This document shows positions 25,619-32,000 of a DNA stretch of 32,000 nt, in pieces. The position numbers and the translations under genes are program-made. The notes beneath the pieces were generated by a model. The model saw nothing but the letters and a program-made list of their open reading frames with translations. It made no database searches and was not told the DNA's origin. This DNA comes from Candidatus Electrothrix sp. GW3-4 (GTDB lineage Bacteria > Desulfobacterota > Desulfobulbia > Desulfobulbales > Desulfobulbaceae). Where the stretch lies: assembly GCF_037902255.1 (NCBI RefSeq), contig NZ_CP147990.1:1710001-1742000 (forward strand), read 5' to 3'. Each line of letters begins with the position of its first letter. Position 1 is the stretch's first letter.

Positions 25619-26499
25619 TTACAAGCGTTCCTGCAAGGTCACCCCGTTGGGAACGTTTTTCGTATCAATACTCACTTCGTAATCGCTGAATTTTCGCGGC
25701 GGTTTTGAGGTGTCTGAACGGTTGATCGTGACCAATTCAAAAAGCTTATGGGCCGGGGCATTACCCAGTTCGCTGTCGTGTTTAAAGACAATGAGCCTTT
25801 GCGCCGCCATTTCACCACGGGCCGCAGAGCGGTCATGATCGAACATGTTGATCAGTGCATCCCAGAGTAGTTGCAGGTCGTCCTCAGAGAAACCGGTGTT
25901 TCCGGCCAGCGGTGCGGAAACATAGCCGTGGGCCCGATAGAGGCCGTAAGGGATATAGGTTTTCCGGCCCATTGTCCGATTGCCGCTGTCTTTGCCTTCT
26001 TTGGCCTGCGCTGCTGCTTCTTTTTCCGTCTCAACAGCCATTCGGGTGATGCTGGCCTCCAACGGGACAACCGGATCAATGCTCTCAGCAAAATTGAACT
26101 GCACCGGCCCGCGTACTTGGCCGCAGTTATTTTTCGTTGTGGACATCACCGCACCGAAGGTCCGTACGTCAAAGAAGTTGGCGCACATCCAGTCGCGGGC
26201 TTTGCTCACCTTATCTTTCTTTTCCTCTTTGACAGCTTCATAAGCTGGGGTTCTGCGCTCGGCAAGCACCGCCCTTTCCTGGATATAGATATTATAGTTC
26301 TTTTGGTACCGTTCCTCTCTTTCACTGAGTATTTCCACAAAATTACGGACTTTGCGTTTCAGGCATACATCCGTGACAATACCGTGACTGGTTTCCGGGT
26401 CAATGCGTGGCAGGTTACCGGAGTCCGGGTCTCCGTTGGGATTGCCGTTTTTGACATCAAAAAGGTACACGAATTCATAGCGGTTCTGAATATGCTCAC

Positions 26500-26503
<4 letters not shown>
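25619..26503 (-). CDS. cas7: type I-C Cascade backbone subunit Cas7c (Csd2)
   Basis: [49 protein letters not shown] is the characteristic Csd2 N-terminus. Its ATG overlaps the cas8c stop (ATGA). Confidence 0.92.
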
Positions 26504-31089
<4,586 letters not shown>

Positions 31090-31319
31090 AGAATTGTGGG
31101 AGGAGGTTGAGAGGAGTGGATAATAAGTAAGAAATGCAAAGAAATGTAATTTATATAAATACAACCATCGGGAAATATTGCAAGATATTTTTATTCTCCC
31201 AAGAGGAGAACGACCCGATGCGCGAATAGCACTTTTGAGTGTGCGGAATATCCTTTCTCCTGAGAGGATGGCATGTTAGTTTCACGACCTGAAATCCATA
31301 TTGTTGAAAGTGAAAAACT

Positions 31320-32000
31320 ATGCTTGAAAATCTCCCTGTTCATAAGATCCTGCCTCAGCTTAAAGAGACGTTAACCCAGCAGGGCAGGGCCGTCCTGATG
31401 GCTCCGCCTGGTTCCGGCAAGACCACCCTGGTCCCCTTAGCCCTGAAAGACGCACCCTGGCTCAAGGGGAAAAAATCCTCCTCCTCGAACCCCGGAGGAT
31501 TGCGGCCCGGCTGGCAGCGGAGTATATGAGCAAGCTTTGCCAGGAAAAGGTCGGGGATACTGTGGGCTATCAGATCCGCTTTGACCGTCGAATCTCGGCC
31601 CGAACCAAGGTGGAAGTGGTCACTGAGGGGATTCTCTGTCGCCGTCTCCAGCAGGATCCTGAGCTGAGTGATATTGGCCTGATCATCTTTGATGAGTTTC
31701 ATGAGCGCAGCCTCAACTCGGACCTGGCCTTTACCCTCTGCCTGGACGTGCTTTCCGGCCTGCGGGAAGATCTCCGTCTCCTGGTTATGTCCGCCACAAT
31801 GGATACAGAGGCGGTGAGTCGTTTGCTGGATAATGCTCCGATCATTAACGGGCAGGGAAGGGTGTTTCCGGTGCGTACAGAGGCTCTCCCCCCTTTGCCC
31901 CAGTTTGCCACTAATCGGCCTGGTCATCTGGCCCGGAGTACAGGACGGGCAATTCTTCAGGTACTTGGCCAGGAGCAGGGGGATCTCCTGGTTTTCCTGC
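31320..32000 (+). pseudogene. hrpB: ATP-dependent RNA helicase HrpB, 5' part (runs off the window), with an apparent 1-nt frameshift
   Basis: LPVHKILPQLKETLTQQGRAVLMAPPGSGKTTLVPLAL is the HrpB N-terminus and P-loop. The frame breaks at the A6 run 31470-31475. With A7 it reads GKKILLLEPRRIAARLAAEYMSKLCQEKVGDTVGYQIRFD...IIFDEFHERS...LLVMSATMD. Confidence 0.8.

Noticed and set aside
31165-31319. The cas3-hrpB divergent intergenic region. I looked for repeat-like elements and promoters, including TTGAAAGTG shared with 23761-23769, GTTTCAC...GTGAAAAAC, and TTGCAA/TATAAA boxes.
   Set aside because: The only similarity is a 9-mer in AT-rich DNA. There is no GC hairpin, and the promoter hexamers do not fall at workable spacing. 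I am not confident enough to annotate it.

Overview
This 32-kb chromosomal window looks like an anaerobic, multiheme-cytochrome-rich bacterium; a Desulfobacterota-like origin is inference only.

Left half, mostly plus strand:
- an AT-richer flank with one orphan ORF
- a secreted DUF11-type repeat protein plus a secreted M6 (HExxH) metalloprotease with two FN3 domains
- an ArsR regulator and an RND/MMPL exporter, whose LolA-like and beta-barrel partner genes lie 1.1 kb further on
- a small DUF2892 protein, an M24 Xaa-Pro peptidase, a 5-heme cytochrome, rlpA, and a 9-heme lipoprotein cytochrome

Right half:
- tRNA-Thr(CGU)
- a complete 1859-bp IS with inverted repeats and an 8-bp target duplication
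- a small membrane protein
- a full type I-C CRISPR-Cas locus on the minus strand (cas3-cas5-cas8c/cas11c-cas7-cas4-cas1-cas2-leader-array, 29 spacers)
- the 5' part of hrpB

Observations most worth a second look:
1. Eleven exactly in-register copies of a degenerate 21-bp unit lie in a non-coding gap at 9625-9855.
2. Two repeat-like 'mini-CRISPR' units lie on the strand opposite the cas genes, one on each side of cas2. Both have the same layout: hairpin plus TTGAAA handle, then 49 nt, then a CGCCCC...GGGG hairpin and an A-rich tail. They sit in gaps that are oversized for an otherwise translationally coupled operon. A CreA/CreR-like or anti-repeat RNA role is a hypothesis only.
3. The CRISPR leader is heavily structured.
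4. Three genes (cytochrome, cas3 at its P-loop, hrpB) are each broken by a one-base contraction of an A/T homopolymer, and 6 scattered CRISPR repeats have G5 instead of G6. Together these point to homopolymer sequencing error rather than real pseudogenes.
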